From NCBI GenBank assembly GCA_044376115.1, contig JBILLK010000009.1, positions 256,001 through 320,000 on the forward strand: DNA of 64,000 nt, in the 5' to 3' direction. The stretch's first letter is position 1; each line of letters begins with the position of its first letter. A program made the position numbers and the translations under genes. The DNA is from Polyangiaceae bacterium. GTDB taxonomy: Bacteria > Myxococcota_A > Polyangia > Polyangiales > Polyangiaceae. Under the pieces are notes generated by a model. That model made no database searches. It saw only the letters and a list, made by a program, of their open reading frames with translations, and was not told where the DNA came from. This document shows positions 52,085 through 61,994 of this stretch, in pieces.

Positions 52085-54931
52085 TCAGGGCGTCACGCAC
52101 AAGCTCAGCGTGTAGCCGTTGATGGTTCCGGAATCGCTCGAGACGGTGTCGGAGGCGTTGAGCACCCAAGCTCCGGTCGCCGACGTGCCGATGATCGGCA
52201 TCATCGACGCTTCCGGTGCGAACACGCCGGTGAACGGCGCTACGCCGCCCGTGATGCTGTTCGCTGCTTGCGAGCTGAAGAAGGTGTTGGTGTAGTTGTC
52301 CGACGAGCCACCGTTTCCGGAGGTGAGCTCAACCGGCGGAGCGTTGGGAGCGTCGATATTGAGCGTAACGTCGCTATTCCAGGTGTGTAGGATGTTCACG
52401 CCGACGACCAGCCGGGTCACGTTCCCCATGTCGGGCACGTTGATGGTCGAACTCGTCGGGGTGCCAGAGTCAAAGGAGGGGGAGGGAAGGCCCATCGCCG
52501 AGTACTGCAGCAAGGTCTCACCGGGCCCGCAGCTCAAAACGGCGCAGCTGTTGGAGCAACCGTCGTTGTCGATCATGTTGCCGTCATCGCAGGCTTCACC
52601 GGCTTGGATGATGCTGTCGCCGCAACCCGGTTGCGAGACGGTGACGTACACGAGGTAAGGCAGACCCGTAGCGTCATCCCCGTTCTCGTTCACGCGCACG
52701 TAGTAGGTCCCAACCGGAACGCTCGCCGCGAACGCGTCAACACCAGGGTTGATCAGCGAGCACAGGTCATTGCCGTCGTCGTTGTCGGTGCCGAGCTGCA
52801 CCATGCTCGAGTTGTAGAGGCGCACGAAGGAATCGAACCCGGCCGGGCAACCCGAACCGGTGGTGTTCGTCACCTCGATGCGCACGCTGGAGTTGGCGTT
52901 GGTCACGTCGAAGCGGAACCAATCGGAGTCCGCGACGTAGTTGATTTGGCCCGAACCGCCCGAGCAAGCCGTGAGCGGCGTTGCTGCACCGAACGAATCA
53001 TTGGGCTCGTTCTCGGCGCAGAAATCACCTTCGATGAAGCACATGTCGTCACAGCCATCGCCGGACGTCACGTTGCCGTCATCGCATTCCTCACCGGCCT
53101 GGATGATGTTGTCTCCACAACCTGGCGCGAGCACCTGGGCCTTGAGGATGTACGGCGGAATCGTCGCGTTGTTGCCGGACTCCTCGACCTTGAGGAAGTA
53201 GGTGCCGGTCGGCAAGTTGCGGGCGAAGTTGTCGATCGTCGGGTTGATGAGCGAGCACGAAAGGTTGCCGTCCTCGTCGTCGTTACCGAGCTCAGTTCCG
53301 GCCGAGTTGTAGAGGCGGATGATGGTGTTCGCGTTGGTCGGGCAACCAGCGCCGGTGGTGTTCACCGTCTCGGCGCGGATCGACGAGTTCGGCACGGTGA
53401 CGACGAGTGAGTAGTAGTCGCCGTCGGCGGTGGGGTTGATTGCGCCCGTTCCACCGTCACAGCCCGCGAGCGGAGTTGCCGAGATGGTGTCGTTGTTGGG
53501 CTCGGCCTCGACGCAGTAGTTGCCTTCCACCTCGCAGATCGCGCTGCAACCATCGCCAGCGGTGTTGTTGCCGTCATCACACTCCTCACCGATCTGCGGG
53601 ATCGAGTCGCCGCAGCCAGGGGGATTGACGTCGACCTTGAGTACGTAGGGCGGGCTGGTTCCGTTGTTGAGGAAGTCGTCCACTCGGATGAAGTAGGAGC
53701 CCGCAGGTAGATTTTGCGCGAATGCGTCCGGTGCGAAGGCTTGCTCGGCGGCCGGATGAATCAACGAACAGCCGTTGATGCCGTCCTCATCGTCCGTACC
53801 AAGCTGGGTGCCGGCGGAGTTGAAGAGCGTGATTACCGAGTCAAACCCAGCTGGGCAGGTCGTCCCGAGGATGTCGAGGACCTCAGCGCGGATGCTTGAG
53901 CCCGGTACCGTGACTACGACCTCGTAGTAGTCCTGGTCGCCAGCGACAGTGATCTCGCCAGCTCCGCCGTCACAGGTCGTGAGCAGCGTCGCGTCCATGA
54001 TGGTGTTGTTGGGCTCGCCTTCGGGGCAGTAGTTCCCCTCGAGCTGGCACATCGAGTCGCAGCCGTCTCCGCTCATCATGTCGGAGTCATCACACTCTTC
54101 ACCGGTCTGCACGGTGCCGTCACCGCACACCGGCGTTTCCGTGCAATCATTCTCGCAACCGTCGGCCGCGACCATGTTCATGTCGTCGCACTCTTCACCG
54201 AGTTGTTCGATGCCATCACCGCAGATGGGCGGATTGACCGAGATCTCCACGATGTACGAGGCGACTGCCGCAGGCGCCGTGATGCGCGCGAAGTAGAGCC
54301 CCTCGACGGCAACCGAAGCGAGGTCGGTGTCAACCGTCCCGTCGATCACCGGGCACGTGCCCGTTTGCGTCGAGATCTCGAGATTGAACGGATCGTAGAT
54401 GTCGAGCTTGACCGTTGCGTCAGCCGGGCAGCCGCCCATGCCGTCGGAGATCGCCACGCTGACGGTGCTGCCCAGCGGAGCAAAGAAGGAGAAGATGTCG
54501 ACGTCGTTCAGCGACGAGAGCTCAGCTGTGAAGCCAAGCGTGTTGTCTTGCAGCGGGTTAGCCGTGTTGAGCGAGCCGTTGGGCTCGGTCTCCGGCGGGT
54601 AGTTCGGATCAATGACTCCGCCGCCCTCGCCACCAGCTCCGCCGAGGCCGCCGGCTCCGCCGAGGCCGCCCATGCCGCCGGTCGTCTCTCCGCCGCTGCC
54701 GCCCCCGCCAGTGGTTTCTCCGCCACTGCCGCCCCCGCCGTTGGTGGTACTTCCAGCTTCGCCACCCTTTCCGGCTTCACCACCGTTACCAGCTTCACCA
54801 CCGCCGCCACTCGTGGCGTCTGTGCCGCTGGGACAAGCCGTGAGGAGGAAGAACAACAAGGCTGGAAGGCTTGCGCGCGCAGACGCGGGTCTTCGCAGCG
54901 GACTGGCAACTATCGGAAACAAGGAAGGCAT
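52085..54931 (-). CDS. Lipoprotein with Myxococcus Cys-rich repeats, PPC-like domains and a C-terminal proprotein-convertase P-domain
   Basis: LTAC lipobox; five CGD-x3-Q-x-GExCDD repeats; four E-x-EPN beta-sandwich repeats; HTWNSDV..GAWVL..DSGTI. GGAGG RBS before ATG 54931. Confidence 0.88.
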   Translation of the reverse strand: MPSLFPIVASPLRRPASARASLPALLFFLLTACPSGTDATSGGGGEAGNGGEAGKGGEAGSTTNGGGGSGGETTGGGGSGGETTGGMGGLGGAGGLGGAGGEGGGVIDPNYPPETEPNGSLNTANPLQDNTLGFTAELSSLNDVDIFSFFAPLGSTVSVAISDGMGGCPADATVKLDIYDPFNLEISTQTGTCPVIDGTVDTDLASVAVEGLYFARITAPAAVASYIVEISVNPPICGDGIEQLGEECDDMNMVAADGCENDCTETPVCGDGTVQTGEECDDSDMMSGDGCDSMCQLEGNYCPEGEPNNTIMDATLLTTCDGGAGEITVAGDQDYYEVVVTVPGSSIRAEVLDILGTTCPAGFDSVITLFNSAGTQLGTDDEDGINGCSLIHPAAEQAFAPDAFAQNLPAGSYFIRVDDFLNNGTSPPYVLKVDVNPPGCGDSIPQIGEECDDGNNTAGDGCSAICEVEGNYCVEAEPNNDTISATPLAGCDGGTGAINPTADGDYYSLVVTVPNSSIRAETVNTTGAGCPTNANTIIRLYNSAGTELGNDDEDGNLSCSLINPTIDNFARNLPTGTYFLKVEESGNNATIPPYILKAQVLAPGCGDNIIQAGEECDDGNVTSGDGCDDMCFIEGDFCAENEPNDSFGAATPLTACSGGSGQINYVADSDWFRFDVTNANSSVRIEVTNTTGSGCPAGFDSFVRLYNSSMVQLGTDNDDGNDLCSLINPGVDAFAASVPVGTYYVRVNENGDDATGLPYLVYVTVSQPGCGDSIIQAGEACDDGNMIDNDGCSNSCAVLSCGPGETLLQYSAMGLPSPSFDSGTPTSSTINVPDMGNVTRLVVGVNILHTWNSDVTLNIDAPNAPPVELTSGNGGSSDNYTNTFFSSQAANSITGGVAPFTGVFAPEASMMPIIGTSATGAWVLNASDTVSSDSGTINGYTLSLCVTP

Positions 54932-55091
54932 GAGCAAACCTCCGTAGACGTGAGTTCAACCGAAGACGGCATCAGGGCTGCCCCCAAACCCGCACACAAC
55001 GGGCTTCTTCGGACGAGCCACCGGGCTCGAAGCGTAACTACTTCAATAACACGGAAGAGCCGTGCAGTGGTCGAAAAGCCTTCGTTCGGCG

Positions 55092-56012
55092 CTAGCGATC
55101 GATCCGCGTGGGCAACTCTGGATCGAACCCGTCCCGGAGCTCTTCTACCTCCGCGCTCATGTCGATCTCGACCGTTTCCTCTTGGTTCAACGTGATCTGC
55201 GTGGTGGGTAAAGGACGTTGCACCGGTGGCAGATTCAGTGGCCGACTTGGCGTGGGAGGCGGCGTTCCGAGCAGATCCGCCGTTGCGCGATACGCCGGCG
55301 TTTGGGGAACCGGCGGTGCCTTCGAAGCTTGCAACAGATCTTCATAGGACGCCCGATCCGCTGAGACGGTTGCCTCTTCGGGCGGAGGCCGCGAGGTCGG
55401 GCGTTCGTCCTCGACGCTGGGGCGGGAAGCTGGAGCAGGTGTTGGCCGGGGCTGGCGCGCTTGCTGCGCACCTGGCTGAGAACGGTCTCGAAGGGCTGGC
55501 GCAGGGGGCATATCGACGATGGCCCGTGCGGATTCACGTACGCCCTCAGGCACGCGAAACGGGGTTGGCGACCCGTCTGCCAAACGAGAAAACCCTGAGG
55601 AAGCGTTGGACGCCCGCAGCACCGGGATCGGCGGGCTGGGTGGAATGACGCTTGGCTTGCGCCGCATCACGGGAACCGGTGACACGTTGCCACCGATCGC
55701 ATTTCGCGACAGCGTTCGCGAGGTTACGACGACATGGCGTGACTTTCGTTCTACGAAGATCGCTCTACCGAAAGGGCGCCAACGCGGCTCGATCATGGGT
55801 TGACCGAGCTCCTCGACCAGCCAGCCGACCAACTCGGCGCCCATCAGACTGGTGTCGCTGGCCTCCTGCACGACGCCCTCAACGACGCGGTATTGACTGT
55901 TGCGGGTGGCGTACACGCAATCCCCGCCCGAGTCGGCGCGCAGGCGATCCTCGAGGTAGGCGTCTACGGCGTCGCGCACCAGTCGGTCAGCATCGAGCGT
56001 GAGGTAGCTCAT
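55092..56012 (-). CDS. Hypothetical protein (globular N-domain, Pro-rich tail)
   Basis: VYATRNSQY..MGAELVGW N-domain followed by a low-complexity C-terminus. Confidence 0.72.
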   Translation of the reverse strand: MSYLTLDADRLVRDAVDAYLEDRLRADSGGDCVYATRNSQYRVVEGVVQEASDTSLMGAELVGWLVEELGQPMIEPRWRPFGRAIFVERKSRHVVVTSRTLSRNAIGGNVSPVPVMRRKPSVIPPSPPIPVLRASNASSGFSRLADGSPTPFRVPEGVRESARAIVDMPPAPALRDRSQPGAQQARQPRPTPAPASRPSVEDERPTSRPPPEEATVSADRASYEDLLQASKAPPVPQTPAYRATADLLGTPPPTPSRPLNLPPVQRPLPTTQITLNQEETVEIDMSAEVEELRDGFDPELPTRIDR

Positions 56013-56083
56013 TCAGCGACACCCATGACACCACGTTCGGTCCTGGGTTGCATCCTTGTCGTTCGGCCTTCTCGCGCGGGCCA

Positions 56084-57322
56084 CTACGGGCGTCCGAGTA
56101 CGAAGAACGTTGTCACCGGCGACTCTCCAGTAGCGGTCGCACCCACCCAGAGCCTTCCAGCGTCGTCGCTGAACAGCGACAAATTGGTGTCGGGCTCGTT
56201 GAGGGTCAAAAGTGTGGAAGTCGTCCCGGCCTGCAACGAACCACCGGCGGTGGTGTACTCCACCGCAACGACGTCTTGGTGCACGTTGCTTGCGTCGTTC
56301 GGCTGCAAGACCAACAGGCCCGGCCTGCTTGCAGAAGGAGGCACGGCTGCAAAGGCGTCCCCGTAACCTGCGAAGGTTGCAAGCTCCACCGAATCGAGTG
56401 GGAGGGCTCCACCGACGCTTTGGGCGCGGTAGCCGTGAATGGTTTGCGTGCCGACGACGTAGTCGGTCATGATCGCGAAAAGATTGCCGTCGAGGTCCGC
56501 CGTTACCGGGCCTGCCGCAAGCCCGAACGCAGGCTCCGCGACACCCGCGTTCGACAAAGTCGCAGCGCATTCATCGCTCGCTGCGGCGTACAGCGCGAGT
56601 TCCGCGTTGGTCGGACCTTCGATCGCTGACAAGCCGGTGTAGAAAAGCCGACCGTTGACGGCCGCGATGCCGAAAACACCCGTCGCCGTTGCGGATTCAA
56701 CCGAGCTCGGCCCCAGCGTCAGCAGCTCGCCCACGTTGAAGAAGTCGTTGCCCGAGGTCCAGGCGATGGCGGTAACCGGAACCGCGTCGCAGGCTTGGCC
56801 AGCCGCCGAGTCGAAGTCGACCGCGTAGCCTGCGATAAACGCGTCTGAAGGTAGGCCGGTCAGCGGCGTCGTCGACTCAGTTGGCTCGAGTTTTCCGGCG
56901 GCGCCCGGAGCCCAGCGCGTCAGCTTCACCTGCTGGGGCGTTGACTCGGCGATGAGCGGACCGCCGTGGCGACCAAACGAAGGAATCTCGACGCCTGGGT
57001 GGAGTTCCAACCCGTCCGCGTCCCAACGTTCAAGGATGCAAAGTTCGTCGGAAGTAAGGGAAAAGAAGGACGCCGCGGTCGAAGCGTTGAGGCACCCTCC
57101 CGCTCCACCGTTGCCCCCGCCAGACCCGCCCGCTCCGCCCGCTCCACCCGAACCACCGGAACCACCCGCGTTGCCCGAACCGGCCGCACCTCCGACCGGT
57201 CCAGCTCCCCCCGGGATGGCTCCCCCGCTCCCCGAGGTGTCCGCCTCCCCAGTGTCCGAACACGCCAACACCGACGAGCAGAGAAGAACGACGGCCGAAA
57301 CGGGAGACCTAAGCCGAGTCAT
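56084..57322 (-). CDS. Hypothetical lipoprotein, beta-rich
   Basis: VLAC lipobox and Gly-rich linker followed by a beta-propeller-like composition. Confidence 0.78.
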   Translation of the reverse strand: MTRLRSPVSAVVLLCSSVLACSDTGEADTSGSGGAIPGGAGPVGGAAGSGNAGGSGGSGGAGGAGGSGGGNGGAGGCLNASTAASFFSLTSDELCILERWDADGLELHPGVEIPSFGRHGGPLIAESTPQQVKLTRWAPGAAGKLEPTESTTPLTGLPSDAFIAGYAVDFDSAAGQACDAVPVTAIAWTSGNDFFNVGELLTLGPSSVESATATGVFGIAAVNGRLFYTGLSAIEGPTNAELALYAAASDECAATLSNAGVAEPAFGLAAGPVTADLDGNLFAIMTDYVVGTQTIHGYRAQSVGGALPLDSVELATFAGYGDAFAAVPPSASRPGLLVLQPNDASNVHQDVVAVEYTTAGGSLQAGTTSTLLTLNEPDTNLSLFSDDAGRLWVGATATGESPVTTFFVLGRP

Positions 57323-57484
57323 GAGACCAAGACTTCAGGCATTCTTCGCCGGAGTCAATGCACCCGAAATGGTGTCAGCGACGCGCATCGATTGAAGCCT
57401 CGAGCGAAAAAGGCAGCTGTATGGAGCGAGGAAAACGAGTCTTGTTGCCGGTGGCCCCACTTGCTTGTTGCGCTTCTGCATCTG

Positions 57485-59215
57485 ATGATCGATTCTCCGG
57501 CAGCCACCCCTTCGTGGCCCCTACCTCTTCCCTCCGTGAACAAACCGGCACCCATTGGACCTGGGACGGTCGTAGCTGATCGCTACGACATACGGCAAAG
57601 CCTGGGCAAAGGCGGCATGGGTGAGGTGTTCCTCGCTTTCGATCGTTCGACCCAGCAGCCCACCGCGCTCAAAGTCGTACGCGAGGAATCGCGCATGCCC
57701 GGGGATGACGAGGCGCTGCGTCAAGAACTCTTGCTAGCGCGCCAGGTCAGCCACCCGAACGTGTGTCGTGTGCACGACCTGTGTCCCAGCCCGTGGGGCC
57801 CGATCCTGGTGATGGAGCACATCCCCGGGCAGACGCTTCACACGCACATCCGTCGTAAGAAGGCTCAAGGTGGCTACAGCTCAGACGAGTTCCGGCAGAT
57901 CGCCTCGCAGGTCTCTGCTGGGCTCGCGGCCATCCACGAGCAGGGGCTCGTTCACGGCGACCTGAAGCCCGGCAACGTCATGATCTCCGAGGGCCGGGCG
58001 ATCATTTTGGACTTCGGTTTTGCGCAAGAGCGCGCCCGCCTTTCGGCGCGTCGTCCCGGGGCTCCGCCGGATGGCGGTACCCCCAACTACATGTCGCCCG
58101 AACGGCTGCGCAACGGTGGCGCTAGTGAAGATGACGATGTCTACGCGATGGCGCTCACGCTTTGGGAGATGTGGACTTGCAAGGTCCCCGATCCCGGCGC
58201 TCGGCCCCGCGGCAAGACGATGAAAGCCCAAATCATGTTCGACGTGCCGAGCGGCCTGTCGATCGATGAGGTGCGTCAGATCTTCCGCGGCATGAGTGAG
58301 GATCCGCAACTGCGCCCGCAGGCGCGGCACATGCGCTTCTTCAACCCGACCCAGCTCACCACGAGCACGGCGCAGCTTCCGCGGCCTCGCCTGGATCCCG
58401 GTCCGCCTCCTGGCCGTTCGCAAACGCAGACGTTCTCGCCCGAAGCCCAGTCGATGCTGGTCACCTATGCTTCCAACGCGCCTGAAGTCGTTGGGCAGCT
58501 GCTGGCGCTCACCAAGCCCCAGATCTCGATCGGTCGTCGCGGGGACCAAGACATCGTCGTGACTGAAGCCACCGTGAGCGGTGGGCACGCAACGCTGCGT
58601 TGGCAGTCCGGCTCATGGATCCTCGATGACCTCGGAAGCACCAACGGCAGCTACGCGGATCACAGCTATGACCGCAAGCAGCAGGTCACTTTCATGCACG
58701 GGGGTGAAGGTCAGGTCGGCGAGCTACGGCTCAAGCTCGTTAGCTTCATCAGTGACGGGCCGCATCACCGGCGCGCACGTCAGTTTCTCGCCAAGCGGGA
58801 TGGTCTGACGGGCCTGCTCATCCGTGAGCACATGCTGAAGTCGATCGATGAAGAGGCCGCTTTCGCCGAGTGGGCGGACATGCCGTTCCACTTGGCGCGC
58901 TACGAGCTGCGCGGCCCCAATCGTCACGTGAGTGACCGGCCTACCATCCTCGAAATGTTGGCGTTGCGCAAAGCCGCCCAGCGGGTGGTGGAGCTTTCGG
59001 AGACGTTGCTGCTCAGCCTGACGCCTGTCGTGGCTGGTCGGACGGGGCCCTTGAAGTTCGTGGTGTCGATGGTGGGTCCCTCGCTCGATGAAGCGAGGCA
59101 CATCGTTGAGCAGGTCGTCTCCCAGGTTCAGGGGATCATCCCGGACACGCTGGAGCTCGCCGCCGCCCTGGTGAAGGGTGAACCCGGTCGCCCTGGTCGC
59201 ACGCTCCTCGACTGA
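57485..59215 (+). CDS. Ser/Thr kinase + FHA + degenerate GGDEF-like domain
   Basis: GKGGMGEV, HGDLKPGN, DFG and GTPNYMSPE; FHA IGR..VSGGH..DLGSTNG; RDGLTGL. Start 57485 or 57536. Confidence 0.88.
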   Translation: MIDSPAATPSWPLPLPSVNKPAPIGPGTVVADRYDIRQSLGKGGMGEVFLAFDRSTQQPTALKVVREESRMPGDDEALRQELLLARQVSHPNVCRVHDLCPSPWGPILVMEHIPGQTLHTHIRRKKAQGGYSSDEFRQIASQVSAGLAAIHEQGLVHGDLKPGNVMISEGRAIILDFGFAQERARLSARRPGAPPDGGTPNYMSPERLRNGGASEDDDVYAMALTLWEMWTCKVPDPGARPRGKTMKAQIMFDVPSGLSIDEVRQIFRGMSEDPQLRPQARHMRFFNPTQLTTSTAQLPRPRLDPGPPPGRSQTQTFSPEAQSMLVTYASNAPEVVGQLLALTKPQISIGRRGDQDIVVTEATVSGGHATLRWQSGSWILDDLGSTNGSYADHSYDRKQQVTFMHGGEGQVGELRLKLVSFISDGPHHRRARQFLAKRDGLTGLLIREHMLKSIDEEAAFAEWADMPFHLARYELRGPNRHVSDRPTILEMLALRKAAQRVVELSETLLLSLTPVVAGRTGPLKFVVSMVGPSLDEARHIVEQVVSQVQGIIPDTLELAAALVKGEPGRPGRTLLD

Positions 59216-59306
59216 CTTCTTATCGGAACTTGGCTTGCTTCGTTGGTGAGGGGTTTTCACCAACTCAAATGCGTTCTATGGCTCCGCCCGCGCACGCGCC
59301 ATCCCG

Positions 59307-60095
59307 ATGAGACCGCCGCTTCGTTCCACCCCGCCAACTTCGCCTTCGCCCTATCGATATTTGGGGCGTGGAGGCGGAGAGCGTCCGGTGCGAGTGCAGG
59401 TGATCCTTGCGCTGGTGGCGGCGCTCGTTTTGGTTGCCGTGCCGCTCTATCTGTGGCGGCGACCCCAGCCTGCATCGTTGCCGTCCGCCGACGCCGCGCC
59501 TGCTGGTGCATCTCCGATCCTGCCGCCACCGTTGGTATCCGGCCGAGATCCTTCGGACCCTTCACCGACCCAGTTGGTCCCCTCCAACTCCGGTCCCAAG
59601 GTGGAGGTCGCTCCGATCAAAACGTTGAAGTGTCAGAACCCAGGGTCTGGCAAAACTCCGCCGGAGCGCTGCGATGGCGTGCGATTTTTCGAGGATTCGT
59701 TGGCTCGAGCGATTCGCGACAGTGCCTCCTGCGCGCCTGTAAGCAAGTCTGGCTACGTTGTGAGCTTCGTCTTGGAAGCCCACTTCGGTAAGAAGCGAAC
59801 GAACTTGTTCTTCGGCAAGTCTACGACCTTGTCGAAGAGCCGTCGTCGCGAGCTCCTTCGCTGCGTCGAGAAGGCGCTGGCCACGCCCGAATGGGACCGC
59901 ATCCCGCACCAACACCAGCGTTATTCGCTCAACGCCGTTGCAACCTATCCGCCCTCGGTGGATTCAGCCGGCGGGGAAGAGAATCGCGTGGAGCCGCTTG
60001 CGCCGCAAAAGTCCTCAAAGCCCGGGGACAAGACCAAGTCCAAGACCAAGACGGCACCCACCAAACAAGCACCTAAGGGTGAAAAGAAAAAGTAG
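59307..60095 (+). CDS. Hypothetical single-pass membrane protein
   Basis: TM VILALVAALVLVAVPLYLW, Pro linker, 4-Cys domain and Lys-rich tail. Confidence 0.72.
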   Translation: MRPPLRSTPPTSPSPYRYLGRGGGERPVRVQVILALVAALVLVAVPLYLWRRPQPASLPSADAAPAGASPILPPPLVSGRDPSDPSPTQLVPSNSGPKVEVAPIKTLKCQNPGSGKTPPERCDGVRFFEDSLARAIRDSASCAPVSKSGYVVSFVLEAHFGKKRTNLFFGKSTTLSKSRRRELLRCVEKALATPEWDRIPHQHQRYSLNAVATYPPSVDSAGGEENRVEPLAPQKSSKPGDKTKSKTKTAPTKQAPKGEKKK

Positions 60096-60105
60096 TCTTG
60101 CCGGC

Positions 60106-61941
60106 GTGAGCGTCGGCAACACTCCACTCGACGCATTGCTCAAGCTAGCTGCTGCTAGCGTGCTCTTCGTTAGCTCGGTTGCTTCGGCAAGCGACGCTGA
60201 GCTATCGCCCTACGAGGCCGAGACGGTAGAAGCCGCGCTAGCGGACACAGCGGCGAAGGTCGACCCAGCTCCCGAGGGCAAGACGATCGAGGCGATCATC
60301 CTCCGTCCACTCGACGTGCTCGAGGAACGCGACCCACTGCCGCAGTTCGCGATCGACTTTCTGAACTTCTTTCACGCGACGACCCGTCCCAGTTTGATCT
60401 CGCAACTGTTGTTGGTGAAAACTGGGCAGGCGTATCGCGCAGAGTTTGTCGAAGAGTCGGCGCGCAGGCTGCGAAGCATTCGGCAGCTTTCCTTGGTGCT
60501 GATGGTGCCGCTGGTTGGCTCAGCTCCTGACCGCGTCAAGCTGTTGGTGATCACCAAGGACATCTGGAGTCTGCGGCTCAACTCGGACTTTCGCGTCTCG
60601 AGCGGTGGTCTCGAGTATCTGCTGCTCCAGCCGGCGGAGGAGAACCTCGGCGGGCTACATCATTCAGCCTCGCTGCGATTTGAACTCGACCCAGCAACGT
60701 ACAGATTTGGATTTGGCTACAAGATCCCCCGCGTCGGTGGCAGCGAGATCGTGGGCCAGCTGTCGAGCAACTTCATCGTGAATCGTGATAGCGGCGAATT
60801 CGAGGGCTTGGTCGGAGGGCTCTACTACGGCCAACCGCTGTTCTCGACACGCGCGGGCTGGTCGTGGGTTGGTTCGATGACCGTCCGCAGCGAGACCACT
60901 CGCTTCTTTCAAGGGCTGGAGCCGTTGACGTTTGATGCTCCGGCAACTGTCGAGGACGATCGCATTCCCATCCAATACAAGACCGAGGCGCTCGCAGGTC
61001 GTGTCTCGTTCGTGCGCTCCTTCAGCCCGTCTACCCCGGGAGTCGCGCTACGCGACGATTGGTCCGCGGTGAATCATGACGTGCTGTTCGGGCTCGAGGC
61101 CACGCGCAACTCCTTCCGAGCAGACCATCTCTCGGGCCTGCCGCGCGAGGTGCAGCGCGAGTTCATCGCGGCAGAGGTTCCCTCGTCGGAGCAGCGCCTC
61201 TACCCGTATCTCGGCTACGCCACGTACTCGCGACGCTTTCGCAACGAGCTGAATCTCGACACCCTCGGTCTGCAAGAGAATTTTCGCTTGGGTCACGACG
61301 CCTACGTGAAGAGCTACCCCGTGCTCGACATCTTTGGCAGCGATCGCTCGTTCTTCGGAACGACGGCTGGTCTCTCCTTCACTGCGGTCGCCGGTGCTCT
61401 CGTGCGCGTGTACGGTCAAGCCACCGTGGAGACCTCGCTCAACGAGGTGTACGACGCCAACGCAGCCTACGGTGTCCGCGTGGTTACGCCGGCAACCCCT
61501 GTCGGCCGACTGCACTTTGATGCGGTTGACTTTCGTCGCTTCGAGAACGACTTGAACCGACGATCGTCGGTGGGCGGAGATGGTCGCTTGCGCGGCTATC
61601 CATCGGGGGCTTATCGCGGAGAGAACCTTACTGCGTACAATCTAGAATTCCGTTCGGTGCCCGCTCAACTGTGGACTGTGCAGCTCGGTGCAGCGGCCTT
61701 CTTCGACACAGCTGCCGTGTGGAACAACGGTGAGAGCCCCGACTTCCGACAGGACATCGGCGCTGGTTTGCGGCTCGTGTTTCCTCAACTCGAGCGCACG
61801 GGCATGCGCGTCGATTGGGCTGTGCCATTGCAGCTCGATCCCGACGTCGGCGTCACCTCAGCGTTCCCAGGGCGGTTTGTGTGGACCTTCGGGCAGGCCT
61901 TCTCGTTCCCCGACATTAGCTTTCCCAACGTTGCACTCTGA
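60106..61941 (+). CDS. Omp85/BamA-TamA family outer-membrane protein
   Basis: Signal peptide; POTRA-like ISQLLLVKTGQAY..EESARRLR; EENLGGL, LRGYP, FFDTA..W, IGAGLR and RVDWA. Start approximate. Confidence 0.82.
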   Translation: MSVGNTPLDALLKLAAASVLFVSSVASASDAELSPYEAETVEAALADTAAKVDPAPEGKTIEAIILRPLDVLEERDPLPQFAIDFLNFFHATTRPSLISQLLLVKTGQAYRAEFVEESARRLRSIRQLSLVLMVPLVGSAPDRVKLLVITKDIWSLRLNSDFRVSSGGLEYLLLQPAEENLGGLHHSASLRFELDPATYRFGFGYKIPRVGGSEIVGQLSSNFIVNRDSGEFEGLVGGLYYGQPLFSTRAGWSWVGSMTVRSETTRFFQGLEPLTFDAPATVEDDRIPIQYKTEALAGRVSFVRSFSPSTPGVALRDDWSAVNHDVLFGLEATRNSFRADHLSGLPREVQREFIAAEVPSSEQRLYPYLGYATYSRRFRNELNLDTLGLQENFRLGHDAYVKSYPVLDIFGSDRSFFGTTAGLSFTAVAGALVRVYGQATVETSLNEVYDANAAYGVRVVTPATPVGRLHFDAVDFRRFENDLNRRSSVGGDGRLRGYPSGAYRGENLTAYNLEFRSVPAQLWTVQLGAAAFFDTAAVWNNGESPDFRQDIGAGLRLVFPQLERTGMRVDWAVPLQLDPDVGVTSAFPGRFVWTFGQAFSFPDISFPNVAL

Positions 61942-61994
61942 GCCACAAAGCGGCCCTGCTTTGCTGTACTTTGCCGGGCCAGCGAGGGGACGAA

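Noticed and set aside
54620..54810. Imperfect GC-rich tandem repeats (also 13830-13950, 21390-21480, 57100-57240)
   Set aside because: They are codons of Gly-rich lipoprotein linkers, not CRISPR or non-coding repeats.
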